Assembly: GCA_965178125.1 (NCBI GenBank)
Contig: OZ237736.1
Location: 1,178,001-1,242,000 of the forward strand
From: Bilabrum cf. latius
Taxonomy: Eukaryota
Direction: 5' to 3'
Length of the DNA: 64,000 bases
The notes beneath the pieces are model-generated. The model saw nothing but the letters and a program-made list of their open reading frames with translations. It was not told where the DNA came from and made no database searches. The position numbers were made by a program, and so were the translations under genes. The stretch's first letter is position 1; the number at the start of each line of letters is the position of its first letter. Shown here in pieces: positions 37,201 through 51,600 of the stretch.

Positions 37201-40200
37201 GAAGCAAGTCGGAGGCACTGTGAGTCGAGTCCCCTTCAGTTCTCCACGACGGGAGACCAAAGGGGTTGCTCCTGTTCGTAGCCGTGCGAGTCACGCAACT
37301 GCCGCTGGTGCCAGTAGCTCTGCAACCCCACGCATGGCAAGACATGCAACTTCAGGGGCTCCAGAGGCTGATTCAATTCATCCGTCTGAGGACCTGAACG
37401 ACGTGGCGGCGTTCCTCCGGGCCATGCGCGACGAGGGGCGCGCTGCTCCATACCTCCCTGCTGCACTGCGCCACATCCGAGCCAAGTCCTAGGCTGAGGA
37501 GAACTTAGCTAGGCTGCGACAGCTTGGTTTGCCTGATGGAATCCTAACTGTGGAGCACCTGCTTCATGGCGGTGCCCTCTCCTCTTCGGCGTGCATGGTA
37601 TCCATGTGCTTTCTGATGTGCAGCCGCCCAGAGCTGTGTGCGCCTCTTAGATTCGAGGCCAAAGCACAAAAGCACTCCATTTTGCACCCGTACCGCACTG
37701 CCAGTTTGTCGTCGTTTGCGTACTTGGCTAGCCTCGAGGCGGACGACGTGGTTAGGGAGCTGCTCGCAAGGTCCTCTTCCAGCGCAGGGGTGCAGCACCG
37801 TGGCAATCAAGCCCCTGGTCGGCTCCACATTGAGACTCCACGCGATACTAGAACCCGAATGGGAGGAAACATCAACGGCGTTCGACTGCCAACTGTTCCG
37901 CTGCCGCCCAGGACTAAAGATGCGCACATCTCGCCGGGCTTGCGCGATCCCGCTGCGCTACCGCTGTTACAAGTACGGGTACCGCCACCGTCAAGGCCAT
38001 CACAAGTCGGACCAGATGCCATGGACAGGCTCTTTGACCATCGCCAGTCGGCAGTAGGTGCAGCAGACATGGTCACGAGGATTCGAGGCGTGTTGGCCTC
38101 CGACCCCGACCCTTTGCTGGCAGCGCCTGCAACGTTTGCTCGCATCGTTCGCACCGCCAACCAGCTGCGGCTGGAGTGGCTCGACGTCGCATTCACGTGG
38201 AAACAGATTTGTGCTTCTCCTGTTGAGGTGCGGAGCGCATCGCTGCTGAGCCCAGATGCGCAGGAGGACGGTGGGCGAGGGCATGTGCGACGCGTGCACG
38301 CCCTCAAGCCGACTTGTCTCAACTACGACACTTTGCAGGCCATGGCAGAGTGTGTGGCTTTGTTGGAAGGAATAGTTGTTCGCGCGATCCAAGCCAGGGC
38401 GGCTCGACGCAACATGTGGATTCGCTTGCGCACGCACATCCAACAAGCTGCGTGGGCGGCGATGCGGAGGCGAGTGGCTCGCGTGCCAGTGCCTGTCAGC
38501 GACCGCAAGGAGGTGCGGCTGGTGCGCTCATTCACCGTGCAACCACTCAACTCTGTGCGTGCGCTGCTTGCACTCAGCAGGCTGGCCTAGAATTAGATGC
38601 ATGCAATTCTTTCCAAAGCCGGGGGCTGGTGGGCCCCGGTCTCCGTGGATGGCAGCACCGCGGTTGCGATGGGGATTGATGTACGGGAGCTGCATGCCAG
38701 GCAAGAGCGCCGCATGGAGTTGCTGACAGACGGAGCCGAGCAGTATGCAATCGATCGCGGTCTTCCCATCGTAGTTGGTCCATCCAAGGCTGTGCTGTTC
38801 GCCCCGACTATCAGCCTTCGAGGACAGCGATCCGCTCGGTCCGAAAGTCTTCAACGCGGAGGAGCGACTCGGTAGGCAATCCAAACTTTAGACAAGGAGC
38901 AGGGACTTCCAAAGGCATTGGAGCGTGGCAGAGGCAAGGGAGCTCCGCCACCCGCTGCCTTCTTCGAGGGCTTGGTACGGCGTCTGCACAAGAAGGAGGT
39001 CAGGGAGGGGCTGGCTGAGCTGCTGATGTTCTATTGCCAAGACCTGCGCAAGGTCTTTGATCACTACGCAGCCACTTCAAGAGGCGGTTCGGATGCCAAA
39101 ATGGACTTCGGTGAGTTCCTAGAGTTCGCACGAGACTCGAGGCTCATGTGCCGCTCAGAGCGTGACTCGGAATCGTTCACATGGTCCTCTACGTCCGGTC
39201 AGGGCGACTCCGTGCATGGCCGCACAGTAGGTCAAGCCAGCGATGTAGCTGTGCTTCGGGCTGCCACAGCGGGCCGGGCTTCGATGACTGCAGTTGCCGA
39301 TCAAGCGGCTCAAATCGCAAAGGCAGCTCGTAAGGCGCAGCAGGATGGAGCGGCAAGAGGGGGAGCATCTGCATCTTCGAAGGGATAGAGGAGCAGAACG
39401 GGAGGTGCTGGCATGGGCAAAACGACGTTCATGCGATCAAGCGGGGGCAAGTCAACCGTAGTTGGCCGAGGGGCCGGGTCCCAGGAGTGGCAGCTGCCCG
39501 ACGAGATCGAGGTTGGGTTGACTCGCCAGGACCTCAGGGGTGTGTTCCTGGCATCATGTCCGTCGCAAGTGGCCACAAGCATCATTCAGGCCTCCGCCGC
39601 CGTAGAAGACCCAACGTTTGTGGGTTCTTATGAGCTGTCGCCCGGCGAGTTCGGGAATGCTCTCCTTCGGGCAGCTGTGGTATTCTGCGGCAAGTTCCGT
39701 TGTTCGCTTGCCTCTCGGGAGGTGAGAGCACAGGCAGCAGCGGCAGTATCAAAGGCAGAATCCCTCGGGCTCCGGCCGGAGTCGACACCGAGAGGAGACC
39801 CACGACGGCTTCCATTTTTCCGACTGCCTACGCCGGACTTTGAGGGCGGGGCCCCAAGGCAAGACCATGCCTCGAGGGACGACGAGCTGTAGCTTGGTGT
39901 GAGGCAGCCTCTCAAATCCTTCCTAGGTACATTGGTTAGCCCCCCTTCGCTTACAAGCCAAGTCGGGTCATTGCTTGGGACTGTGGATCAACCCAGCAAG
40001 AAACACGCCCGGCGGCTGAGCGTGAGTGGTCTCATTCCGAACCAGCCGCTACTCGCGTTAGCAGCAGGAGCCGGGGCGCCATCGATTCCTCTTGAAGTAT
40101 GGCACGCTACTGCTGATCCATGCATCGCATTTTGCGTTATCATGCGCTGGTTTGTTCTGCGACATGCTGCCATGGAGCCTGACAGTGAGTGGGCAGCACA

Positions 40201-41989
40201 CATGCGAGACGAAGCGGTCCGAGAGGTTATGTCGAGGCTGCGGCCATTTTTGCACGCGATTTACATCTACTACGCCAAGACTCGGATAGAAATCAACGAA
40301 AGGCAGAGGATTGCGCAGATCGAGCGAAGTGTGGGCGGCACATCGGATGTGCCACCACCCAGTCTGCGGGCAGACGGCTCTTTGGCACAAGGGGCCATGA
40401 CTATTGAAGACTTACTTCGCATGCTCGTTCGAGACTGCTAGCTAGTTTCACTATCTGCTGGCAAGTCTTCTTCGTATGGCAGCTCCAGGGGTAGCCGTGC
40501 CGTGGTGCGGTCGTCAAGCTCGCGTGGATCTGACCAGGCACGGCGGCGCGTCCCGGCAGTTGATCTGCTGTGGACGGCGGCACGAGCGTTTGATAGCATC
40601 ACGTCGTTTGAGGCCGACAACGGCGCGCACAGCAACATAAACTTTGGGGATAGTGTGCTCAGCGTCCGGGCACCCGTTGGCGACCGGGGTATGCAGCACG
40701 CAGGGGCCGCGCCCCCCGAGGCCATTGGGCGCGATCGATCGAGCAGCAGAATCCTTGGAGAGGCAAGGAGGTCCGGAAGGGGTATTTCCATGGTATCTGC
40801 CGCGTCGAGTGACAGCAGCGCAGCGAACCGTTCTCCTCGAGCGAGTATTCACGCAATGCTCGATTCCTCGCGTACAGCGCTGGCAGCCCACCCAAGCGTG
40901 CTGAGGCGCGACGCGAAAAGCACAAGGCACGTGCTGCGGCCTCGAAATTAGATGGATAGCGATTCTGATTTTACAGATGCTGAAGACATGTACTCATCCG
41001 ACTCAGACGCCTCCTCCTCCGATGAGGGCGATGCTGGTGTGGCGGCCCCATCGAATGGCAGTGGTCTTGGTGCCAGGCGGCCGACCTCGCGAGATCTTGC
41101 GAAGCACACGTCGTTTCGAAGAAACCGGGGCACGAACGTGCCATGCATACCAGCAAGTATCAAGCCAGAGGTACTGACGCATTTGTTTCCCAAAGAAGCC
41201 CGCATAGCCATCGCAAAGGAACGCGAGCAGGCTCTGCACCGCCTGTAGATTAGAGTTGGGAAGCACCAAGCGCATGGAGCAGAACTGCCTGATGGTGCCC
41301 ACATGTCGGTAGCTAGCTCTGCTGAAGCCCCATCCGTGTCTAGCCAGCCTGACCATCTGCAGTCTGGCTCGGTGTCTGGTCAATCTGGGGTGCTTTTCGC
41401 CTCGAATGCCGCCGCGAACCAAGCGAGGCGTTCCAGCGTCCGACGGGGATCCACGGCAGGCCTCGAGCAGCCATCGAGAACAAAAGCGAAGCCGTCGACT
41501 CGAAGCGGTGGCAAAACCACTGGTACGGGTAGATCCTCTTTCTCTGGCAAGCAGGACGTGGAGGACCGCGAGAGGTTCGAGTCGATTGGCAAGGCCACTG
41601 AGCTCCCGTACCCAAAGTTCATCGAAGTTCTAGTGGCGCTGGCTCACCTGAGCAGTCCAGACCCATATACGCATCCAGCGCACAAATTAGAGGCGTTCCT
41701 CGTCAAGTCAGTGCTTCACAACTTCGTTTTTAAGCTAGCCAAGAATGGAGACGACACTGATTGGCAGACAAAACTGGAGAGAGCCAGGGAGGGCGGTGAT
41801 ACCCAGACCAACATCCGGGCCATCTTTGCAGGCTCCAAAACGAGGCAGACGAAGAGGCGTTTCAAGTACAGTGGAGCATACGAAGACATTTTGCGACTGC
41901 TCCCGAAGGAGGCCGCTAGCGGAGTGGGCATGAGGATTGAGGCTTCACCGAAGCGAGCACCGCCCTCAAATGTTGGCCGATGGTGGTAA
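34223..41989 (+). CDS. Large hypothetical protein (~2,590 codons) with coiled coil, CH-like segments and EF-hand-like motifs
   Basis: About 13 ORF-track fragments all fall in one frame, joined by roughly 19 TAG codons and one TAA (36608). Motifs LVLRWMNHQL, VENLSTDL, MDFGEFLEFARD and LPYPKFIEVLVALA; ends TGG TGG TAA. Confidence 0.72.
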
Positions 41990-42100
41990 ATAGCTAATTA
42001 ATTGCTCCGTAAGGTATCTTCTGGTTCAAGGTACACGTTTCACGCATGCAGTAGCCTCTGATATTTGTGTTCAATGGTACTGCATGCATGAAAACCCAAC

Positions 42101-43036
42101 TCAGGCCTCGAGTCTCCTTTTCTTGCGGGGGTCTTTGCCATCCGAGGCACCCTACGAAGCCTATCCTGTTGACTTACCCACGCGAGGTGTTCTCGTCTCG
42201 CCTTCTGCCCCAATAGAGACAGTACCACGTATACTAGACTTCGTGTGTGCCGCCCCGGCTCCGTGGGCTGGCGGGCCGCTTGAACTAGGCCTACGCTGTG
42301 CCTCACTGGCAGGCTTGCCCTCAAGTTGCTCACTGATGCCGGACTCTGGCTCCGCCATAGTAGGGTCCGGAGGCTCACGGCGATCTCGCTTGCCACCAAT
42401 TGACACTATGGCTATCCGTTCCCCTGAGGAACCTGCTACGTGAGCAGCATCAACAACTTGGGCAGAGCTTGCGGCTCCGCTGGCACGGCTGGACGAAATA
42501 GAACTGGACTTCCGAGGCGCTCGAATCTCTTTCGGTAAAACGAAGTTAGGATCAATACCGGTCGTGTCGACCGACTGAAAGCCTATTCCACCCCCAGAGG
42601 TACCGCGCAGAAGCTCAGATACGCTAGCCCTCGGGTGCAGGCGCTTCATGCGAGCAACCCCATTTCTCGCTATTTGAATCCACTTTCTCTTGATATTATC
42701 GGCCAGAGATGCTACGGATTGGTCCGTACACCGCGCAAGAGATGCTATCGTTTTCCCCATGTGGAGTGACCTGACCAATTCGAACGACACTATCAATTCT
42801 TGGGCCTCTTCTAAATGAAGCTTCAGCGCGTGAGTATCGCACTCTAGCGCACTCCGCTATATTCTTCGCATAAGTGAAGCAACACTATCAATTCTTGCAA
42901 CCCCAGACAAGCTCGCGATCGTTGCCTGTCGACGGCGGGCCTTGCTGTCTTGGGGCGGAGGGGCTCCTTGAGCTCCTTTGCTGGATTCCAGGCGCTGCTA
43001 CTCCATGGCGTCCCGAAGCGAAAGCTATTTTGACAT
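42101..43036 (-). CDS. TFIIS N-terminal (LW) domain protein, TCEANC2-like (311 aa)
   Basis: With TAG=Gln: MSKQLSLRDAMEQQR...RRQATIASLSGVARID...VSFELVRSLHMGKTIASLAR..DQSVASLADNIKRKW. C-terminal RKKRR; TGA at 42103-42101. Confidence 0.72.
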
Positions 43037-43207
43037 GTCACAATAGACACTATCAGTGAATGATCCAAGACTGAACAATTACGCGTATCATCCTTTGAAA
43101 TTTAAAATGTAGATCTACATGTTGGAGGTCAAAATGAGAGTGAGATCAAATTATGGTTATGGCGTTCCGCCACGGAAGGTTTACATTCGTTCCACAATCA
43201 CTTCGAT

Positions 43208-45024
43208 ATGCTGCCGAACAGAATGTTAGCAAGGAATGTAGCAAGGTCGCTATTCTTCCGTTCCAGGTGTGCCGCATGGCTTCAGCGTGCTCGGCGCGGC
43301 TTGGCAAGTGTTCCCGATGATTCCCCAAACGATGAGGAGTTCGAATCGCGAGAAGACCACCGGTTGTACTTGCAAGGCTAGGCCCTCCTTCCTGCTGGTT
43401 TTAAAACGTCAGTTGGTTCATTCCCTTTCAATCCCGTGGAGCTTCCGGACCTGAAGACTTCAATGACTATGACGCTGATCGTACCCGACGAGCCAGCATC
43501 CTCATTTGCTGCCATGTACACTTCAAACGCTATCGCTGGCCATCCAGTGTACATTGGCAGGGAGGTGGTGAGCAACAAATAGGCTAGGCTTGGCGGTATC
43601 GTGGTGAACAACAAAATATCGAACGTCGGAGCGCCCGGTGGTCGCGAGGCGGCTGCAGCCGTGTGCAACGCGCTCGCTAGAGAGCTTGGACTCAGCAGCG
43701 AATCCAAGGTAATCCCATCTTCGACTGGAGTGATTGGGTGGCAAATTCCATCGGAAAAAATGATCAAGGCGATTCCAGAGCTCGTGGATGGCCTCAAGCC
43801 TGGGTCGATGCTGCCGGCCGCCGAGGGCATCATGACCACGGACCTGTACCCCAAAGTTCGTGGTGCAGATGTCCAAGGAACGAATGCCAGAGTCGTAGGA
43901 ATCGCAAAGGGGGCCGGAATGGTTGAACCAAACCTCGCCACGATGCTGGTGTTCATCCTGACGGACGCAGACCTGACCAGGGAGGAGCTTGACGAGGACC
44001 TGCGAGCTGCAGTCGGGGTCACCTTCAACTGCCTTTCGGTGGACCAAGACCAGAGCACCTCCGATTCTATCATCGTAATGTCGTCCCAGAAAGAGCCTTG
44101 CGACGGTCCGGAGGCGCGAAATGCCTTCAGGAAGGCACTGCTGGACGTGTGCGGCCGCCTTGCCATGGACGTGGTGCGGAACGGGGAGGGCGTGCAGCAC
44201 GTCATTCAGGCGACCGTAAGAGGGGCTCCCTCGAAGCAGCTTGCGGTAGATGTTGGTCGATCCATCGTGAACTCTCCTCTATTCAAGACCGCGGTGGCGG
44301 GCAACGATCCGAACGTGGGTCGGCTACTGATGGCGGTTGGCAAGTGCGTGGGGCAGCACCCCGATGCCTCTGAGGAATACAGGAGGAGCAGCAAACTTGC
44401 CGAGTCTATGACAGCTAGCGTGGGTGGTATAACAGTCTACGAGAACGGCCAGTTTTCTCTCTCTTCAGACAAAGAGCAGGCACTCCAGCAGCACATGCAG
44501 GAGGCGCAGATGTGGCGTGAGCAGTCAGTGCGTTAGGGGTGTAAATCACCGCTCCACGCCTTTCTCTTGTTCGACAGCAAAGCATGGATGTTACCCCCCA
44601 CCCCCATGCGTGCCATACCTCTGCCCAGCCGCATAGTCCGCCGCACATTGCACATCTAGGCAACGAGTTGGTTGGTTTTGGTGCCCAATCTTCCACCGCA
44701 GGATCCACTCCCGAACTGCTCAGGTCGCCGATCGCGGTCCGTGATGGACAGGTCGTTGACCAGTCGGTCCACCCCGGCCTCGATGGGTAGCACGGGGGCC
44801 CAGTGGCTATGGCAGACGACGATGCTCCGCAGGAGAAGCCCCCACGATGGTTCGCTCGAGCGTCTGACCTGAGTTTCAAGCCTCCGGTCGATTTCCCTCC
44901 CCATCAGCGTTGCGTTGAGGTTGACGTTGATCTGGGAATGCAGAATCCTGGAGAGGGCGGGGTTGTCCTCGGTGGGGACTTGACCTTCGAGTATGTGGCA
45001 GTGAATGCTGAGTATCGCTCCTGA
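43208..45024 (+). CDS. argJ: Bifunctional ornithine acetyltransferase/N-acetylglutamate synthase ArgJ, with an organellar transit-like N-terminus
   Basis: LPAGFK, SSTGVIG, IMTTD.YPK, GIAKGAGMVEPNLATML (autoproteolytic Thr), FNCLSVDQDQSTSD, VRNGEG, SPLFKTAVAGNDPNVGR and DLTFEYVAVNAEYRS. Probable intron 44528-44577. Confidence 0.94.
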
Positions 45025-45045
45025 TGCCCCAAAGTTGCAGGAAAG

Positions 45046-45447
45046 TTATGTGATATTTGTCAACCGAAGTGCTAAATCAAGTTCGTCGATCTCATCTGAA
45101 GTTCTCATTTCGTACATGGCGCTATCTCTTTCCTGCTCTGCCGACGGTAACCGAGAGTTATGTTTCGATGACCAGCGACACTTGGCAGCTACTCTCCGCG
45201 CTCTCTTACTCTGTAGCTGTCTCTTCCTTAACATTGACAGCTGCGAGCCTGCATTATCAGCAACTGTACGGTCTTTTTCCGCAGCAATATAATCAATAGC
45301 ATCACTTTTGGCAGCATCGAAGCTGCTGCAATCAAGATCAGTGGAGCTACTCAAGAACAAGAAATGCAGTTGCTATGCCTCTTGACTCGATGTGCAACTC
45401 GTCTTATCGGCAAGATCAAAAATGTAGTCAAGCTGTTTGCAGGACAT
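45046..45447 (-). CDS. Small hypothetical protein (~133 aa)
   Basis: ATG at 45447 is in frame with ORF 45046..45360 through one TAG; ends at TAA. No recognisable motif. Confidence 0.35.
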
Positions 45448-45688
45448 AATCAGTAATGACCAATACGGACATGCTGGACCGTCTCCCACAGGTGAACCGA
45501 TACTTTCGCAGTGTTCCGGAATCCGGTTGGGCTCGAGCACGTGCGTCGTGCCACAGTGAGCACGGTGCTTGGGCTGGATTCAGCAAATAGTCTCCATGAC
45601 TGTGCCATTTGTGATTCTGATGCCTGAAATAGGATCGGCATCATATCATTGCAAGATGAATCTAATATTGCTGCAATCACAGTTACAA

Positions 45689-48600
45689 TCAAGGCTACGT
45701 CTTAATGATAAATACCACGTACGTACCATCGTAAGCAGATGTTGGGGCAGATCCCGCGTTGACAAATGACACTGTCAGCTCCCTACCTGCTGATGGGCTC
45801 CCCTTCGAACCAAAGGTTCCCGGGGTACCAACTGTGGCCCGTAGGCCAGTGATCGGATCGGTAAACTGCGGCTGCAAGATAACCAAATCCGTAGCATCCA
45901 GCTGGAAGTAGTCTGTCAGATCAGCAAGCGGGATATCTACTGATTCAGAGTGCGTTGCTCCAGCAGCCACGGTAACAGGGGTGAAGTCGAGCGTGACTGT
46001 GCCGGCAATGAAGCTGTGGAAGGCCGACCCGTGAGGCCCAAGCTGCATCTTGCCATGTGTTCCATCCGTATTACCTGAACCGCCCTGAATGACAACATTA
46101 CCGCCTTGGCCCCCAGATGAAACGCCCCCGTTAAGATAAATGTTGCCAGCCTAGCTTGCTGCACTGCCGGCTGAAAGGCTCACAGACCCAGCATCAAGTG
46201 TCCCAGAGTCAGTAGATCCTGTTGATAGGACCAGCCAACCAGTGGAACCGGCAGTTGATACGCCAGAACTCAGTGTTATTGTACCAGACGCCCCCGAGAC
46301 AGCGTCTCCGCTACTAACAGTCACTGCACCAGACTGCCCATGGCTAGCAAGGCCAGAACCCATGGATATTTGCCCACTGCCACCACTAGTCGTTGATCCA
46401 GATGCCACTGAAACACCCCCAGAAGCTCCACTGGTTCCATCACCATCGGCACTTTGTAGAGAAATACTACCGGTCGTTCGCCCGTTGGCTGCCGATCCAG
46501 ACTCAATGCGAACTAGTCCACCAGTCCCCGTCGCACCACTGCTGCTGCCGCCGACCAAATAGACCGAACCACCCTACTACGAAGCAGCCGAGGCAACAGA
46601 GGGTTGCAGGGATATAGAACCAACTGTTCCGACGCTGGCATCCCCAGTCCGCAGAACAAGCCAGCCAGCATCACCCGACAATGCATTTCCAGTCGACATC
46701 ACCACGTCGCCACTATCACCCAAAGACGCCAACCCCGAGAAAATATCAACAGTCCCCGAAGCCCCACCTGTAGACGTACCAGATCCAACAGTCACCGCGC
46801 CCGAAGAGTCAAGCGAGGAAGACCCAGACAGCACGCTCACGCCGCCAGATGCTGCAGACACAGCCGCGCCCGACCCCACCGTCACCACGCCAGACACCGC
46901 GTTCGTCGATGCGCCCGATGCCACGCTCACCGCGCCCGATGATGCAGATGCCGCATCGCCAGACCGCACAGTCACCGTGCCCGTCACATCCTTGTCAGAA
47001 ACGCCAGACAGCACGCTCACGCCGCCAGATGCTGCAGACACAGCCGCGCCCGACCCCACCGTCACCACGCCAGACACCGCGTTCGTCGATGCGCCCGATG
47101 CCACGCTCACCGCGCCCGATGACGCAGATGCCGCATCGCCAGACCGCACAGTCACCGCGCCCGTCACATCCTTGTCAGAAACGCCAGACAGCACGCTCAC
47201 GCCGCCAGATGCTGCAGACACAGCCGCGCCCGACCCCACCGTCACCACGCCAGACACCGCGTTCGTCGATGCGCCCGATGCCACGCTCACCGCGCCCGAT
47301 GACGCAGATGCCGCATCGCCAGACCGCACAGTCACCGTGCCCGTCACATCCACGTCGGACGTGCCAGATCCAACAGTCACCGCGCCCGAAGAGTCAAGCG
47401 AGGAAGACCCAGACAGCACGCTCACGCCGCCAGATGCTGCAGACACAGCCGCGCCCGACCCCACCGTCACCACGCCAGACACCGCGTTCGTCGATGCGCC
47501 CGACGCCACGCTCACCGCGCCCGATGACGCAGATGCCGCATCGCCAGACCGCACAGTCACCGTGCCCGTCACATCCACGTCGGACGTGCCAGATCCAACA
47601 GTCACCGCGCCCGAAGAGTCAAGCGAGGAAGACCCAGACAGCACGCTCACGCCGCCAGATGCTGCAGACACAGCCGCGCCCGACCCCACCGTCACCACGC
47701 CAGACACCGCGTTCGTCGATGCGCCCGATGCCACGCTCACCGCGCCCGATGATGCAGATGCCGCATCGCCAGACCGCACAGTCACCGTGCCCGTCACATC
47801 CTTGTCAGAAACGCCAGACAGCACGCTCACGCCGCCAGATGCTGCAGACACAGCCGCGCCCGACCCCACCGTCACCACGCCAGACACCGCGTTCGTCGAT
47901 GCGCCCGATGCCACGCTCACCGCGCCCGATGATGCAGATGCCGCATCGCCAGACCGCACAGTCACCGTGCCCGTCACATCCTTGTCAGAAACGCCAGACA
48001 GCACGCTCACGCCGCCAGATGCTGCAGACACAGCCGCGCCCGACCCCACCGTCACCACGCCAGACACCGCGTTCGTCGATGCGCCCGATGCCACGCTCAC
48101 CGCGCCCGATGACGCAGATGCCGCATCGCCAGACCGCACAGTCACCGTGCCCGTCACATCCTTGTCAGAAACGCCAGACAGCACGCTCACGCCGCCAGAT
48201 GCTGCAGACACAGCCGCGCCCGACCCCACCGTCACCACGCCAGACACCGCGTTCGTCGATGCGCCCGATGCCACGCTCACCGCGCCCGATGACGCAGATG
48301 CCGCATCGCCAGACCGCACAGTCACCGTGCCCGTCACATCCACGTCGGACGTGCCAGATCCAACAGTCACCGCGCCCGAAGAGTCAAGCGAGGAAGACCC
48401 AGACAGCACGCTCACGCCGCCAGATGCTGCAGACACAGCCGCGCCCGACCCCACCGTCACCACGCCAGACACCGCGTTCGTCGATGCGCCCGACGCCACG
48501 CTCACCGCGCCCGATGACGCAGATGCCGCATCGCCAGACCGCACAGTCACCGTGCCCGTCACATCCTTGTCAGAAACGCCAGACAGCACGCTCACGCCGC

Positions 48601-51600
48601 CAGATGCTGCAGACACAGCCGCGCCCGACCCCACCGTCACCACGCCAGACACCGCGTTCGTCGATGCGCCCGATGCCACGCTCACCGCGCCCGATGACGC
48701 AGATGCCGCATCGCCAGACCGCACAGTCACCGTGCCCGTCACATCCTTGTCAGAAACGCCAGACAGCACGCTCACGCCGCCAGATGCTGCAGACACAGCC
48801 GCGCCCGACCCCACCGTCACCACGCCAGACACCGCGTTCGTCGATGCGCCCGATGCCACGCTCACCGCGCCCGATGATGCAGATGCCGCATCGCCAGACC
48901 GCACAGTCACCGTGCCCGTCACATCCACGTCGGACGTGCCAGATCCAACAGTCACCGCGCCCGAAGAGTCAAGCGAGGAAGACCCAGACAGCACGCTCAC
49001 GCCGCCAGATGCTGCAGACACAGCCGCGCCCGACCCCACCGTCACCACGCCAGACACCGCGTTCGTCGATGCGCCCGATGCCACGCTCACCGCGCCCGAT
49101 GATGCAGATGCCGCATCGCCAGACCGCACAGTCACCGTGCCCGTCACATCCTTGTCAGAAACGCCAGACAGCACGCTCACGCCGCCAGATGCTGCAGACA
49201 CAGCCGCGCCCGACCCCACCGTCACCACGCCAGACACCGCGTTCGTCGATGCGCCCGATGCCACGCTCACCGCGCCCGATGACGCAGATGCCGCATCGCC
49301 AGACCGCACAGTCACCGTGCCCGTCACATCCACGTCGGACGTGCCAGATCCAACAGTCACCGCGCCCGAAGAGTCAAGCGAGGAAGACCCAGACAGCACG
49401 CTCACGCCGCCAGATGCTGCAGACACAGCCGCGCCCGACCCCACCGTCACCACGCCAGACACCGCGTTCGTCGATGCGCCCGACGCCACGCTCACCGCGC
49501 CCGATGATGCAGATGCCGCATCGCCAGACTGCACAGTCACCGTGCCCGTCACATCCACGTCGGACGTGCCAGATCCAACAGTCACCGCGCCCGAAGAGTC
49601 AAGCGAGGAAGACCCAGACAGCACGCTCACGCCGCCAGATGCTGCAGACACAGCCGCGCCCGACCCCACCGTCACCACGCCAGACACCGCGTTCGTCGAT
49701 GCGCCCGATGCCACGCTCACCGCGCCCGATGACGCAGATGCCGCATCGCCAGACCGCACAGTCACCGTGCCCGTCACATCCTTGTCAGAAACGCCAGACA
49801 GCACGCTCACGCCGCCAGATGCTGCAGACACAGCCGCGCCCGACCCCACCGTCACCACGCCAGACACCGCGTTCGTCGATGCGCCCGATGCCACGCTCAC
49901 CGCGCCCGATGATGCAGATGCCGCATCGCCAGACCGCACAGTCACCGTGCCCGTCACATCCACGTCGGACGTGCCAGATCCAACAGTCACCGCGCCCGAA
50001 GAGTCAAGCGAGGAAGACCCAGACAGCACGCTCACGCCGCCAGATGCTGCAGACACAGCCGCGCCCGACCCCACCGTCACCACGCCAGACACCGCGTTCG
50101 TCGATGCGCCCGATGCCACGCTCACCGCGCCCGATGACGCAGATGCCGCATCGCCAGACCGCACAGTCACCGTGCCCGTCACATCCACGTCGGACGTGCC
50201 AGATCCAACAGTCACCGCGCCCGAAGAGTCAAGCGAGGAAGACCCAGACAGCACGCTCACGCCGCCAGATGCTGCAGACACAGCCGCGCCCGACCCCACC
50301 GTCACCACGCCAGACACCGCGTTCGTCGATGCGCCCGACGCCACGCTCACCGCGCCCGATGACGCAGATGCCGCATCGCCAGACCGCACAGTCACCGTGC
50401 CCGTCACATCCTTGTCAGAAACGCCAGACAGCACGCTCACGCCGCCAGATGCTGCAGACACAGCCGCGCCCGACCCCACCGTCACCACGCCAGACACCGC
50501 GTTCGTCGATGCGCCCGATGCCACGCTCACCGCGCCCGATGACGCAGATGCCGCATCGCCAGACCGCACAGTCACCGTGCCCGTCACATCCTTGTCAGAA
50601 ACGCCAGACAGCACGCTCACGCCGCCAGATGCTGCAGACACAGCCGCGCCCGACCCCACCGTCACCACGCCAGACACCGCGTTCGTCGATGCGCCCGACG
50701 CCACGCTCACCGCGCCCGATGACGCAGATGCCGCATCGCCAGACCGCACAGTCACCGTGCCCGTCACATCCACGTCGGACGTGCCAGATCCAACAGTCAC
50801 CGCGCCCGAAGAGTCAAGCGAGGAAGACCCAGACAGCACGCTCACGCCGCCAGATGCTGCAGACACAGCCGCGCCCGACCCCACCGTCACCACGCCAGAC
50901 ACCGCGTTCGTCGATGCGCCCGATGCCACGCTCACCGCGCCCGATGACGCAGATGCCGCATCGCCAGACCGCACAGTCACCGTGCCCGTCACATCCACGT
51001 CGGACGTGCCAGATCCAACAGTCACCGCGCCCGAAGAGTCAAGCGAGGAAGACCCAGACAGCACGCTCACGCCGCCAGATGCTGCAGACACAGCCGCGCC
51101 CGACCCCACCGTCACCACGCCAGACACCGCGTTCGTCGATGCGCCCGACGCCACGCTCACCGCGCCCGATGACGCAGATGCCGCATCGCCAGACCGCACA
51201 GTCACCGTGCCCGTCACATCCACGTCGGACGTGCCAGATCCAACAGTCACCGCGCCCGAAGAGTCAAGCGAGGAAGACCCAGACAGCACGCTCACGCCGC
51301 CAGATGCTGCAGACACAGCCGCGCCCGACCCCACCGTCACCACGCCAGACACCGCGTTCGTCGATGCGCCCGACGCCACGCTCACCGCGCCCGATGATGC
51401 AGATGCCGCATCGCCAGACTGCACAGTCACCGTGCCCGTCACATCCACGTCGGACGTGCCAGATCCAACAGTCACCGCGCCCGAAGAGTCAAGCGAGGAA
51501 GACCCAGACAGCACGCTCACGCCGCCAGATGCTGCAGACACAGCCGCGCCCGACCCCACCGTCACCACGCCAGACACCGCGTTCGTCGATGCGCCCGACG

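Noticed and set aside
24-45000. Numerous long overlapping and antisense ORFs in the track
   Set aside because: They are expected shadows in GC-rich coding DNA and none has recognisable motifs.
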